Positions 48,853 to 60,680 of a stretch of DNA of 64,000 nucleotides are shown one piece after another. The stretch comes from an uncultured bacterium (lineage in GTDB: Bacteria > Patescibacteriota > Minisyncoccia > Phycocordibacterales > Phycocordibacteraceae), in contig CAWKPH010000001.1 in the NCBI GenBank assembly GCA_963851445.1, forward strand, positions 159,943 to 223,942, given 5' to 3'. The position numbers were made by a program, and so were the translations under genes. Within the stretch, counting starts at the first letter, position 1; each line of letters opens with the position of its first letter. The notes beneath the pieces were generated by a model that had not been told where the DNA came from, ran no database searches, and saw only the letters and a program-made list of their open reading frames with translations.

Positions 48853-49032
48853 GTCAGCACAGGTCTGACAGAAAGGAATTGTTCCCATGATCGATGGCAT
48901 CACCCGTGAAGCCCCGTGGCCTACGGACGGCCTATGGTCACCGGATGGCGGCTCGGAGATCTGAAGTCTAGGGACCCAGACTCAATTTTCAAGAGCTACC
49001 CATGGCGCTCCAGACTATCGGAACGCCATTTT
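48853..49032 (+). ncRNA. Candidate GGA-loop small RNA; contains a 25-codon ORF at 48887-48964
   Basis: Extended -10 TGcTATATT, GTCAG/CTGAC hairpin at the predicted start, three GGA-loop hairpins, terminator-like 49002-49032. Confidence 0.5.
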
Positions 49033-49084
49033 AATTTAGTGGATGTATTTATTTAAATGAATGACCCTGAGCACGAAGCCTGGG

Positions 49085-49411
49085 TCATTTAGTCCTGAGG
49101 GAACTTGTTTGCAAAGCGTAATGCCTGAGCCCAAGAGACTTTGCTCGCTCTCCTGGAAGCGGTTTTTTAGCAAACCGACCGCCTGTGTGACCATTCGGTT
49201 CACGCCAAACTTCACGCCATTTTCCTGTTCGCTTATCTACCCAACCGTGGCGCCACTTAGCCATGTGTTTACTGATCTTGAGAGGTGTATTGTCCTCTTC
49301 ATAAACATAGCCAGCAAAGAGAGCTCGTTGGGCATTGTGAACTCTATCGACCTCTTCTCTGGCTCCTGGTGGTAGACGCCAACCAGGAGGCTTAGAACCC
49401 GGTGGTCGCAT
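49085..49411 (-). CDS. Orphan basic R/W/P-rich protein (108 aa)
   Basis: Strong GAGGAGGAG SD before ATG 49411; 3' hairpin 49060-49089. Confidence 0.65.
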   Translation of the reverse strand: MRPPGSKPPGWRLPPGAREEVDRVHNAQRALFAGYVYEEDNTPLKISKHMAKWRHGWVDKRTGKWREVWREPNGHTGGRFAKKPLPGERAKSLGLRHYALQTSSLRTK

Positions 49412-49458
49412 ATCACTCCTCCTCAAAAGATCAGAGTTTCAGAATACTCTTCAGAGAG

Positions 49459-49502
49459 AACAAAAGCAAAACCGCTCGTGCACGAGCGGTTTTGCTTTTG
49501 TT
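49459..49502. terminator. Perfect 44-bp palindromic terminator after rpsJ
   Basis: AACAAAAGCAAAACCGCTCGTG-CACGAGCGGTTTTGCTTTTGTT. Confidence 0.85.
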
Positions 49503-49517
49503 GATTTATTCTTCGAG

Positions 49518-49929
49518 CTACACCATCTTCACATCAATCGTAACGCCTGAAGGAAGATTGAGATTCGTGAGAGCCTCAATAACCTTTGCGTGATGGCGAA
49601 AGAATGTCGATGAGACGCTTGTGGATGCGCATTTCGAACTGTTCGCGTGAGTCCTTGTGGATGAATGTCGAACGGTTCACGGTCCAGCGCTTTATCTCAG
49701 TTGGAAGCGGAACGGGACCGACAATTTTCGCATCGAAGCGATTAGCGGTATCCATGATCTGCTTCACCGAGAGATCAAGAATCTTGTGCTCATAGGCGCG
49801 TACGCGAATGCGAAGCTTTGGTTCTGCGCAGGCTCAGCTTCTTTTTTCGAAGCTCTTTTGGCAGGCGTTTAGCGGCTGCTTTTTTACCGCAGCTTTCGCT
49901 ACAGTCTTTTTTGCGGTTGAGTTTGCCAT
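49518..49929 (-). CDS. rpsJ: 30S ribosomal protein S10, frameshifted in this sequence
   Basis: [51 protein letters not shown] read across frames. Confidence 0.92.
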
Positions 49930-49965
49930 ATACGATTCAAAGATCCAGTTTCAGTTACAAATTGA

Positions 49966-51170
49966 TTATGCGACGATCTTGGTTACAACACCAGCACCGA
50001 CGGTCTTGCCGCCTTCACGAACTGCGAAGCGAGTGTTGTCCTCAAGTGCGATAGGAGCAATGAGCTTTACCTTGAAGGTAACAGTGTCGCCTGGCATAAC
50101 CATTTCCTTTCCTTCAGGAAGAGTAACTTCGCCGGTCACGTCCGTCGTGCGGATGTAGAACTGAGGCTTGTACCCAGAGAAGAATGGAGTGTGACGACCG
50201 CCTTCGTCCTTAGTGAGAATGTATACTTCAGCTTCGAATTCAGTGTGAGGAGTCACTGAACCAGTCTTTGCAAGAACCTGACCGCGGTGTACATCTTCTT
50301 TCTTCGTACCGCGGAGAAGGATACCAGCGTTGTCGCCAGCCTGACCTTCCTGGAGCTGCTTGTTGAACATTTCGATACCAGTAACAGTCGTCTTTGCGGT
50401 TGGCTGAATACCGACGATTTCGACTTCTTCACCAACCTTGACGATACCGCGCTCGATACGGCCGGTGACAACCGTTCCGCGACCTTCAATAGAGAAGATG
50501 TCTTCGATAGGCATAAGGAATGGCTTGTCGAGTCTCGCGCTCTGGGTTGGGAAGTAGGTGTCCATTGTGTCAACGAGTTCCTTAACCTTTAGAGCCCAAG
50601 GATCGTCAGCTGAAGTTAGCTTCAAGAGCCTTAAGACCTGAGCCGCGGATAACTGGCGTAGCTGCGCCATCAAAGCCCTGCTTGGTGAGAAGTTCACGGA
50701 TTTCCTCTTCAACGAGGTCGACCATGTCCTGGTCATCAACCATGTCTACCTTGTTAAGGAAGACGATGAGTCTTAGGCACACCAACTTGCTTTGCAAGAA
50801 GGATGTGCTCACGAGTCTGAGGCATCGCGCCGTCAGTCGCAGCAACCACGAGCACTGCGCCGTCCATCTGAGCGGCACCAGTAATCATGTTCTTGATGTA
50901 GTCGGCGTGGCCTGGAGCATCAATGTGCGCGTAGTGACGATTCGGCGTCTCGTACTCCGAGTGGTGGAGGGCGATAGTAATACCACGAGCCTTTTCTTCA
51001 GGCGCGTTGTCGATATTATCGACCTTCTCGGCGCGGGCCTTGTAGCCAGCATCCTTGTTGAGATTGAGGACGTTGAGGATAGCAGCGGTGAGCGTGGTCT
51101 TGCCATGGTCAACGTGACCGATGGTGCCTACGTTCATGTGCGGCTTGCTGCGATCGAATGCTTCTGCCAT
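49966..51170 (-). CDS. tuf: Elongation factor Tu, frameshifted in this sequence
   Basis: [47 protein letters not shown] spread over three ORFs. Confidence 0.96.
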
Positions 51171-51336
51171 ACGTTTGTAAAGTTACAATAAAAGTTACTA
51201 ATTCGGAGTATTTCCCCGCGAGACGCTATCTCCTACCCCTGTATTGCTACAGATAGCAAAGAAACGCCGTGACACGCGTTGTAGTAAAAATACACGGCCG
51301 TTCGCCAAAGGTCAAGCATTTTGTTGCTCCAACGGG

Positions 51337-52740
51337 CTAAGGATGAGTGTGACCTCCCCCCGCTTGTTGAGCACCACCTCTGGCAGAGGCTCTCTTGGGA
51401 GCAGTTGTGCCTCCTCCACCTCCCTTGAATACCGGTTTACCACCGTTGAATATTGAAAGAAGGTCATTTGCTATTGATTTGCCACCTTCCCAGTTATTTC
51501 TCGAAAGCGCTCTAAAAAGTTCCCACGCCATAAAATCCAGAAAACCAACCCCAAGGAAATTGACGGCCGTCATTGAAAAACCAGCACTTACTCCATAGAA
51601 TTGCGCCGCTGATGTCACTACTGGTGCCACCCCTAACACTTGCTCAAGACCGGCGAGTCCTATGAGCGTCAACCCCACGCCACCTATCGCTAAGCCCCCG
51701 ACACCAAGGTTTCCAGCTATCCTTTGTCCTAAGGTTTTTTCTTTACGCTCCTTGCCACTTTTCTTTGCTTTCTCTTTTGAGTCACCCCCGGTAGTTTCTT
51801 TTTTCACTGCATTTTCTTCTTCCTTATTTTTCTCAGCATTTTTTTCAGCTTCCTTAGACTCGTTCCCATTCTTAACTTTCTCAAGATTTGCGTGTAGCTC
51901 CGCATAGCGTGCCGCTATTTCGGGCTTCATCTGCTCGGAGTGAATTTCATTGACTCGCACACTACGCAGAGCTTCTTGACGACTCATTTCTTCTTTAAGT
52001 GTCTCGTGCTTGTCCTTATAGGCAGCAGCTTTCTCTGGATGGGTTTTCGCGAAGGCGCCCCATTGCTCTTCCTGAACCTTCACGCGTTCCTCGTTACTTT
52101 TCGCTTCCCCTGCAAGTCGGACGTCGCGTTCTATGACTCCCTTAAGCACAGGATCTTTATCAGGATTGCTACGTATGCGCGTTCGCTCGGGGTCAGGAGG
52201 TACGAGGCCTCTGGCTTTCATTGTGTTCCACTCCTCCGCAGGGCCCTTTTTCTTTTCCTCTCTTCCAACTGGATAATTATTACGAACACGCGGGGGACTC
52301 CATGAACCGATGAGCTGTGGCTCGCCCCTGAGATCTTCAAGGTGCATCACCTTCTCTTCTGGTTTCTTCGCTTCTTCTACTACAGGCGGTGTAACGACCT
52401 CGGCATGTAAATTTTTAGCTATTGCTGAACTCTTTGCTCGTTGTGCTGCCATACTGTCTTTCATTTCCTGATACATATTTTCATACGCATGGGCTTTTTC
52501 AGGGTACGCTTTTATAAAAGCATCTGTCTGCGTCTTTATTTGCGCATCAGTTGCAAACGCGAAAGAATTTATCACCGCTCGTATGATCGGATCGTCTTCG
52601 GCATAGTAGGGGTGATCCATGTACGTCTTCGTTCTTTCAGGATCTCTTTCAATTCCATACTCATCTCTTTTTTTTCTATTCCAATCTTCTGCTGGAGTGG
52701 GCGATACTGATTCGATTATGCGTGGAGGTTTCTCTGACAT
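51337..52740 (-). CDS. Hypothetical protein with a duplicated N-terminal domain and C-terminal TM helices
   Basis: Two copies of PAE(D/E)WN...DPERT...DP..(R/K).VI...AF.K.(Y/H)PEKA.AY. Confidence 0.75.
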   Translation of the reverse strand: MSEKPPRIIESVSPTPAEDWNRKKRDEYGIERDPERTKTYMDHPYYAEDDPIIRAVINSFAFATDAQIKTQTDAFIKAYPEKAHAYENMYQEMKDSMAAQRAKSSAIAKNLHAEVVTPPVVEEAKKPEEKVMHLEDLRGEPQLIGSWSPPRVRNNYPVGREEKKKGPAEEWNTMKARGLVPPDPERTRIRSNPDKDPVLKGVIERDVRLAGEAKSNEERVKVQEEQWGAFAKTHPEKAAAYKDKHETLKEEMSRQEALRSVRVNEIHSEQMKPEIAARYAELHANLEKVKNGNESKEAEKNAEKNKEEENAVKKETTGGDSKEKAKKSGKERKEKTLGQRIAGNLGVGGLAIGGVGLTLIGLAGLEQVLGVAPVVTSAAQFYGVSAGFSMTAVNFLGVGFLDFMAWELFRALSRNNWEGGKSIANDLLSIFNGGKPVFKGGGGGTTAPKRASARGGAQQAGGGHTHP

Positions 52741-52769
52741 ACCTCAAGCATACCAGTCAGGATATAGAT

Positions 52770-52806
52770 AGAAAGAAACCCTGGGGAGATTCCAGGGTTT
52801 CTTTCT
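52770..52806. terminator. Intrinsic terminator
   Basis: AGAAAGAAACCCTGG...CCAGGGTTTCTTTCT. Confidence 0.75.
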
Positions 52807-52815
52807 GAATTTTTG

Positions 52816-53022
52816 TTAGCCCTCACTTTGACCGCGGTCAAAGTACTCATCGGTCCTGGAGGCTAGTTCGTTCAGCTGGTTCGCCACCTGCCGAAGTATT
52901 CCTGAAGTTACATTTGGCCCTTCAAGAGCTTTGAGGATTCCGACCATTTCGGTTCTAGCCATTTGATCTAGATGGCTTTGGCCTTCCAGACCTGAACTCG
53001 CTCTTCGAGCTTCCATTCCCAT
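52816..53022 (-). CDS. Small hypothetical protein
   Basis: 68-aa ORF with TATACT upstream and its own terminator. Confidence 0.5.
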   Translation of the reverse strand: MGMEARRASSGLEGQSHLDQMARTEMVGILKALEGPNVTSGILRQVANQLNELASRTDEYFDRGQSEG

Positions 53023-53062
53023 AGGTACGTAAACTTATTTGTAAGCTCACATAGTATATACC

Positions 53063-53090
53063 AAAAGCGCGCCCTCTAGGGCGCGCTTTT
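53063..53090. terminator. fusA terminator
   Basis: AAAAGCGCGCCC-tcta-GGGCGCGCTTTT. Confidence 0.8.
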
Positions 53091-53110
53091 ATATGCTGGT
53101 TAAATTTGGC

Positions 53111-55272
<2,162 letters not shown>

Positions 55273-55390
55273 AGATAGGTGAAAAATAAAACGCCCGGAG
55301 GCATTAGCTCTAGAGTACTGAAATTAAAGTTAAAAAGCAAATGCAAAAACGCGCCTCTGGGGCGCGTTTTCTTTTCACCTGTTTCTTTTA

Positions 55391-55648
55391 TTACTGAGCG
55401 GTTGTTGGCATCGCGCTTCCTGTTGACGGGGTCTGTTGCGAAGCTGCCTGTTGAAGTTCCTGTTGAAGTTGCTGATCATTTGCAACAGAGTTTGACGGAT
55501 GCAAGGCTTCAACAATTCCTACGCCGAGTGTGAGTACTATGTAGAGCGCTACTGATGCACCGAGTAAGAAAATACCGAGTCCAACGGGCGACTTCCAACT
55601 TGCCCATGAGACCATTCCCCCCTTACCGCCCTTTTTGATTTCATCCAT
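55391..55648 (-). CDS. Small single-TM hypothetical protein
   Basis: 85 aa, one TM, Q-rich tail; terminator at about 55345-55371. Confidence 0.6.
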   Translation of the reverse strand: MDEIKKGGKGGMVSWASWKSPVGLGIFLLGASVALYIVLTLGVGIVEALHPSNSVANDQQLQQELQQAASQQTPSTGSAMPTTAQ

Positions 55649-55700
55649 AAATTTCTATGAACCAATAATATTCGCCTAGTATAGCGAACCTTCTACCGAA

Positions 55701-56165
55701 TTACCACGCGAAGTGTGCGAATGCCTTGTTGGAATCAGCCATGCGGTGCATGTCGTCCTTCTTTTTGATGGCGTCGCCTTCGTTTTTGACGGCAAGGAGA
55801 ATTTCGTTAGCAAGCTTCTCAGCCATTGGCTTACCCTTCTTGTTACGAGCTGCATTAATGAGCCAGCGGTATGCAAGAGAAACGCGACGCTGCTGGGGAA
55901 CTTCTCGGGGAACCTGGTAGTTAGCACCACCTACGCGGCGTGAGCGCACTTCCATTAAAGGAGAGACGTTGCGGATTGCAGTCTCAAAGGTTTCGAGTGG
56001 ATCAAGGTCTGCCTTCTTGATGATCTCAAGTGCATCGTAGACGACGGTGCGAGCAACATCCTTCTTTCCATCCCACATAACAGTATTTATAAAACGAGAG
56101 ATAGCCTCTGATTGATAGACGAGGTCAGGACGGCGAACAGGTTTGTTTTTGATTGGACGACGCAT
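55701..56165 (-). CDS. rpsG: 30S ribosomal protein S7
   Basis: DGKK, EVRSRRVGGANYQVP, HRMADSNKAFAH. Confidence 0.98.
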   Translation of the reverse strand: MRRPIKNKPVRRPDLVYQSEAISRFINTVMWDGKKDVARTVVYDALEIIKKADLDPLETFETAIRNVSPLMEVRSRRVGGANYQVPREVPQQRRVSLAYRWLINAARNKKGKPMAEKLANEILLAVKNEGDAIKKKDDMHRMADSNKAFAHFAW

Positions 56166-56170
56166 GGGGT

Positions 56171-56578
56171 TTATTTAGGTTTCTTGGCTCCGTACTTCGA
56201 GCGGCCACGGCGACGCTTGTCGATACCTGCGGTATCGAGGCGACCACGAACGATTGTGTACTGAACACCAATGTCCTTCACACGACCACCGCGAAGCATA
56301 ACAACGGAGTGTTCCTGAAGGTTGTGTCCTTCTCCAGGGATATAGGCAGTTACTTCCATGCCATTGGTTAGACGAACCCTCGCTATCTTACGAATAGCGG
56401 AGTTTGGTTTGCGGGGAGTCTTAGTGGTTACTTTCGTGCAGACGCCACGCTTAAAAGGAGCGGGGTAGAAGGTTGGACGATTCTTGAGGGCATTGAAACC
56501 ACGCCCAAGAGCCACGACCTTGCTTTTGCGTGAATTACTCTTGCGACTCTTCTTTGAAAGTTGGTTTATGGTGGCCAT
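56171..56578 (-). CDS. rpsL: 30S ribosomal protein S12
   Basis: [31 protein letters not shown]. Confidence 0.98.
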   Translation of the reverse strand: MATINQLSKKSRKSNSRKSKVVALGRGFNALKNRPTFYPAPFKRGVCTKVTTKTPRKPNSAIRKIARVRLTNGMEVTAYIPGEGHNLQEHSVVMLRGGRVKDIGVQYTIVRGRLDTAGIDKRRRGRSKYGAKKPK

Positions 56579-56672
56579 TTGAATAGAAAACTCCCCGCTC
56601 GGGAGCTAAAGACAATATATAGGAATGGGTAGGTAAATGCAAACAAAGAGCATCTCTACGATAAGAATCCCA

Positions 56673-57098
56673 TTAGGGGTTACAATCACTATAAATTGTT
56701 CGCGCAAGCCAGTTCTCAACGACTTTCTTGCTCGAAATAAACATTGGTTCTGGTAGAGAGGTTGGATCAATCCACTGCCAATTGCGAGATTTCTCCGGTT
56801 CTGCATCGCGGGGTTCCCCTGATTTCCACTTCGCGAGCATGCTGATGTTGGCGTAATGCTTTCCATAGTCGCGCTCGTTGGAGACGGAGACGAGTCCCTC
56901 AATTTCTATGTCTGTGATACCTGTTTCTTCTGCGACTTCGCGCATTGCGGTTTCTTCAAACGTCTCACCAAATTCAAGATGGCCTCCCGGAATCTGCCAG
57001 GTGTTTGCGCCGTGACTAGCAATTCTCTCTCCCATAAGTATCTTCCCATCCTTCACAACAATTACTCCGACTCCTACTTTCGGACGTTCCTTATCCAT
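56673..57098 (-). CDS. NUDIX hydrolase (NUDT15/MutT-like)
   Basis: RPKVGVGV, PGGHLEFGETFEETAMREVAEETG, EPEK...WQW. Confidence 0.9.
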   Translation of the reverse strand: MDKERPKVGVGVIVVKDGKILMGERIASHGANTWQIPGGHLEFGETFEETAMREVAEETGITDIEIEGLVSVSNERDYGKHYANISMLAKWKSGEPRDAEPEKSRNWQWIDPTSLPEPMFISSKKVVENWLARTIYSDCNP

Positions 57099-57100
57099 AC

Positions 57101-57595
57101 CTACTGAGCTCGTTTCCATTCGGACTTATCACCGCGACGCCTGGCGTCTGCCATCGCAATTTCATCAAAGATGCCGTCGATAAGATCGTATCCTTTCGCT
57201 TCTTCAAGTGATACCCAAGCAAATTGATCGGTCTCGCTCTCTTGAAGAGTCACTTCTCCCGACTCGTAGTCGGCCATGCAGGAGATGACGAGCGAAGGAC
57301 TACCATCAGCGTGAATGGTCGCAAGACTTGTAACGTATTCGATATTCGTGATTGCAAGTCCCACCTCTTCTTCTACTTCGCGACGCAAAACTTTCTCGAG
57401 AACGTTATACCAGTACTCAACACTATCTTTGGGGAGTGAAATATAATCGGATGTCTCAAGGTGACCGCCAGGCACTGTCCATTTTCCGGGGAAACGCTTT
57501 TTCGAGAGTGTTCGCCTTGTAATAAGGTATTTATCGTCTTTGACGATAATTGCCGTAATAATTACTTCGTGGAGAAGCTGTGGGCTTTGTTCCAT
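57101..57595 (-). CDS. NUDIX hydrolase
   Basis: FPGKWTVPGGHLE ... LRREVEEEVGL, with an insertion inside the Nudix box. Confidence 0.88.
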   Translation of the reverse strand: MEQSPQLLHEVIITAIIVKDDKYLITRRTLSKKRFPGKWTVPGGHLETSDYISLPKDSVEYWYNVLEKVLRREVEEEVGLAITNIEYVTSLATIHADGSPSLVISCMADYESGEVTLQESETDQFAWVSLEEAKGYDLIDGIFDEIAMADARRRGDKSEWKRAQ

Positions 57596-57710
57596 AGTTA
57601 TGGTAAGTATAGCGCTGTTTTGACGTCTTCTCTCGTATAGGAATAAGGGCTCATTGTTTCTTCATCCTGGGTATGAGAAATATTCTAATTACAGAGTATA
57701 GTAAGTATAT

Positions 57711-59702
57711 ATGCGCACTATTTTTGAAAAGAACCGTAAAATTATCATAATTGGATCAGCAGGCATTCTTTCTGTAGCCTTTATACTCCTTGGCACTCCA
57801 GGAACGGTAATGCAAGCGAAAGCAGCTGGCACTGATACCAATGACGTGCAGTACACGACATTCCTTGATTACACACCTACCGATGTACTCCTCGAGGAGG
57901 CGGGGTTTGCTGCAAGTACAACGTACGACTGTTCTATCGCTACGCTTAACTGCTCTGCGGTTACAAGCTCAACAATCAGCCTCACTCCTACCGCGCTTTC
58001 AAACAACAGCACAGCACAGATAAGTCCCGACAAAACAGAAGCACTGGTGCCAACCTATACTCCTGGCGTTTCTCCAACGGAAACTCTTTATACAATTCAA
58101 GGAAACTCACTTATCTCACGAGCAACGCTTCCAGCAATTAACGGGCTTGTCACGAGCGTACAGTGGTCAAGCGATGATAATGTGCTCCTCCTTACGGAAA
58201 GCGATGGAGTTGTCCAGAAATATAACGCTACCACCGACACGCTCACGACACTTACCGCAATTCCCGAAGGAGTAAATTGGACGACACTATCTCCTAACGG
58301 AGAGTACCTCGCCTATTATATTGATGCGACTGTCTCGAGTGGGGTGCGCACCTATGGAATAGTTAATACGGATACTGATACGAATTACTCAATGAGTGAA
58401 AACGTCAGCTACTGGGATCTTCTTTCTGAAGGAGTACGTATATTCGCCTTCTCTCCTGACAGCACGAAGCTCCTCTATCTCGATGACCGAAGCGGCTACC
58501 AAACGCTCTATGAAGTAGACCTTTCGCAACTTGCTAGTGCGACTCCGACACCGGTGGCTACACTCTATGCTTCTCCATCTGTACCAATTGCAAACGCCGT
58601 ACTCATGGGTACGCCAATCACCACAAAGCCATATTCCATGGAGGATGTCGTTTGGGAAAACGATTCTACGATTCTCTTCAGCGCAAATCGCAGCAACCCA
58701 ATGATTTGGTCGCTCTATGAGTACAATCTCGATACCTACACACTCACAAAGGTAGATAATTTTATCGCCTATAACCAGGCGATGGAGTTAGATGGTAATA
58801 ATGTCATCTTCCAGACTGCCGACGCTAACGGTCGTATGACACACCTGTACAACATCCTCACCAAACAGGTCTACAACTTCAACATTCCTGGTGTTGATCA
58901 GTCGAAGGTTGGTACGGCAAACACCATTGTTGAGGAGGATGGTGTATACGGCGTCTACCAACCAGTGGCAGAAGCAACAAGTACTCTTCTGGTGTGGCTT
59001 CACGGCGGCCCCGACAGGCAATCAACTCCTGACTATGATTCCTACATGAGTTACAGCGGCTATGACTGGGTACTCGACAATGTCCAAAAGGCAGGAGTAC
59101 CGGTGCTCAAGCTTGATTACCCGGGAAGTCTTGGGTATGGGACTGCGTATGCAAAAGAGGTTGTTGATGGCGTAGGTACTGTTGATGCAAGCACTACCAT
59201 GCAGGCAATCAGTGATTTTGCAGCATCTAATGGATTCAAGAATATTTATGTGATGGGTAACAGCTATGGTGGGTATCTTGCGCTCAAGCTTCTTGTTTCC
59301 TACCCAAACCAGATTGACGGCGTTTTCTCTGATTCAGGTGTTACCGATTGGCAAACACTCCTTAACAATGTACCGAGCTCAATATTCAGCGCTGACTTCA
59401 ATGGTCCTCCCGGTCCCGCAAACGCGCAGCTCTATGCAAACGCCTCCATTGTGAATAACATAGCCAACATTGGAAATCAGAAGATCTACCTCGTACAAGG
59501 AAACGTTGATACTGAAGTCCCGTACGGACAATCAGTTCTTATGAATGCAGCACTAACTGCTGCAGGAAAGAACGTCACGTACACGACGCTCCAAGGTGAA
59601 AATCATATCTACCGAAACCCTTCTTCCTACACGCTCATCTGCAATCAAACAATGAACCTCGTCGGTCTTCCCGACACCCCAATGTGCACCATGGGAAGCT
59701 AG
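57711..59702 (+). CDS. Secreted S9 prolyl-oligopeptidase-family peptidase
   Basis: Signal/TM, beta-propeller repeats (SPD/SPN), WLHGGP, GNSYGG nucleophile, D..VP, GENH. Confidence 0.88.
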   Translation: MRTIFEKNRKIIIIGSAGILSVAFILLGTPGTVMQAKAAGTDTNDVQYTTFLDYTPTDVLLEEAGFAASTTYDCSIATLNCSAVTSSTISLTPTALSNNSTAQISPDKTEALVPTYTPGVSPTETLYTIQGNSLISRATLPAINGLVTSVQWSSDDNVLLLTESDGVVQKYNATTDTLTTLTAIPEGVNWTTLSPNGEYLAYYIDATVSSGVRTYGIVNTDTDTNYSMSENVSYWDLLSEGVRIFAFSPDSTKLLYLDDRSGYQTLYEVDLSQLASATPTPVATLYASPSVPIANAVLMGTPITTKPYSMEDVVWENDSTILFSANRSNPMIWSLYEYNLDTYTLTKVDNFIAYNQAMELDGNNVIFQTADANGRMTHLYNILTKQVYNFNIPGVDQSKVGTANTIVEEDGVYGVYQPVAEATSTLLVWLHGGPDRQSTPDYDSYMSYSGYDWVLDNVQKAGVPVLKLDYPGSLGYGTAYAKEVVDGVGTVDASTTMQAISDFAASNGFKNIYVMGNSYGGYLALKLLVSYPNQIDGVFSDSGVTDWQTLLNNVPSSIFSADFNGPPGPANAQLYANASIVNNIANIGNQKIYLVQGNVDTEVPYGQSVLMNAALTAAGKNVTYTTLQGENHIYRNPSSYTLICNQTMNLVGLPDTPMCTMGS

Positions 59703-59720
59703 CGACCTCAGGATGTTGTA

Positions 59721-60095
59721 TCAAAATGCACCGTCCTCGTTTGTTACCTTTGTAACGTCCTGCGCTATATCCCAAAACTCAACGATTTTGCCATTTGAAA
59801 ACCGGAGTAGATGAACTGCCGTAAAATCAGTGACGTCTGCCTCAAGCGTTAGATGGGAGTGGACCGCTACCAAATCTCCTTCAGCTATAACATGCTGAAT
59901 TACAAACTGTTTGTGTGGAAACTTCCCTTCTGCATCCTTCATACCATCTCGTAGTGCTGCAAGGCCTGCTGGGGTGAATATGTTGTGATGCTTACCTTTC
60001 GTGTCAACGTATTTTTCATACGCCTCGTCGATTTTACCGGCGATAACCATTTCAAGAAAATCTACCGCCGCTTTTTTGTTTTCTTCTGTTTGCAT
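59721..60095 (-). CDS. SnoaL/NTF2-like protein
   Basis: ENKK, IAEGDLVAVH, RF.NGKIVEFWD. Confidence 0.85.
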   Translation of the reverse strand: MQTEENKKAAVDFLEMVIAGKIDEAYEKYVDTKGKHHNIFTPAGLAALRDGMKDAEGKFPHKQFVIQHVIAEGDLVAVHSHLTLEADVTDFTAVHLLRFSNGKIVEFWDIAQDVTKVTNEDGAF

Positions 60096-60176
60096 AGTGC
60101 AAGTATAACTCGCTCATGAAAATGAGTGGGTGACTTTGATACAAAAAACCAGACACCTGCCGTGCCTGGAAATACT

Positions 60177-60680
60177 TCAAAAAGGAAACGTTCCTAGTTT
60201 ATACTGGGTTCTGACCACCTTGGCTTTGGACATATCCCGCTCAATCAGTGTTAGATGTTTTGCCGCGTATCTAGTTCCAGACCTGAGTGAGCGATTCCCC
60301 GAGTTTGTGACATGCGGACGATATCCCGCACCAATCCATCGAAACTCTTTTGGCAGACTGTCGTTCTTTGCCAAGAATCTGAACAGATGATTGTGCAGGA
60401 GGACCAGCTTTACGTTTGGTTGCAAGACATGAGCCGGAATGTTTCCATTAGGCCCGAATAATTCCCGTTGTCCTGAAACTATTTCTATTTCCTTGCCGAC
60501 CTCACAGGCTGCGACAAATATTAGTTCATAGTCGAGAGCTGCAAAACTAGATTCCGCATTCAACTGAAACCAATGCATAACCGTGCAGTGTAGGGGCAAG
60601 GATGCGGCGGGTGCGTAAGAAGCGTTCTCAACCATCCTGTCGATCGGTAGTACGATTAGATATTCTTTTTCGCTAGGCAA
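60177..60680 (-). CDS. 2H phosphoesterase (2'-5' RNA ligase-like superfamily)
   Basis: Two HxT motifs, LPLHCTV and YRPHVT; GGGAGG before a TTG start. Confidence 0.75.
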   Translation of the reverse strand: MPSEKEYLIVLPIDRMVENASYAPAASLPLHCTVMHWFQLNAESSFAALDYELIFVAACEVGKEIEIVSGQRELFGPNGNIPAHVLQPNVKLVLLHNHLFRFLAKNDSLPKEFRWIGAGYRPHVTNSGNRSLRSGTRYAAKHLTLIERDMSKAKVVRTQYKLGTFPF

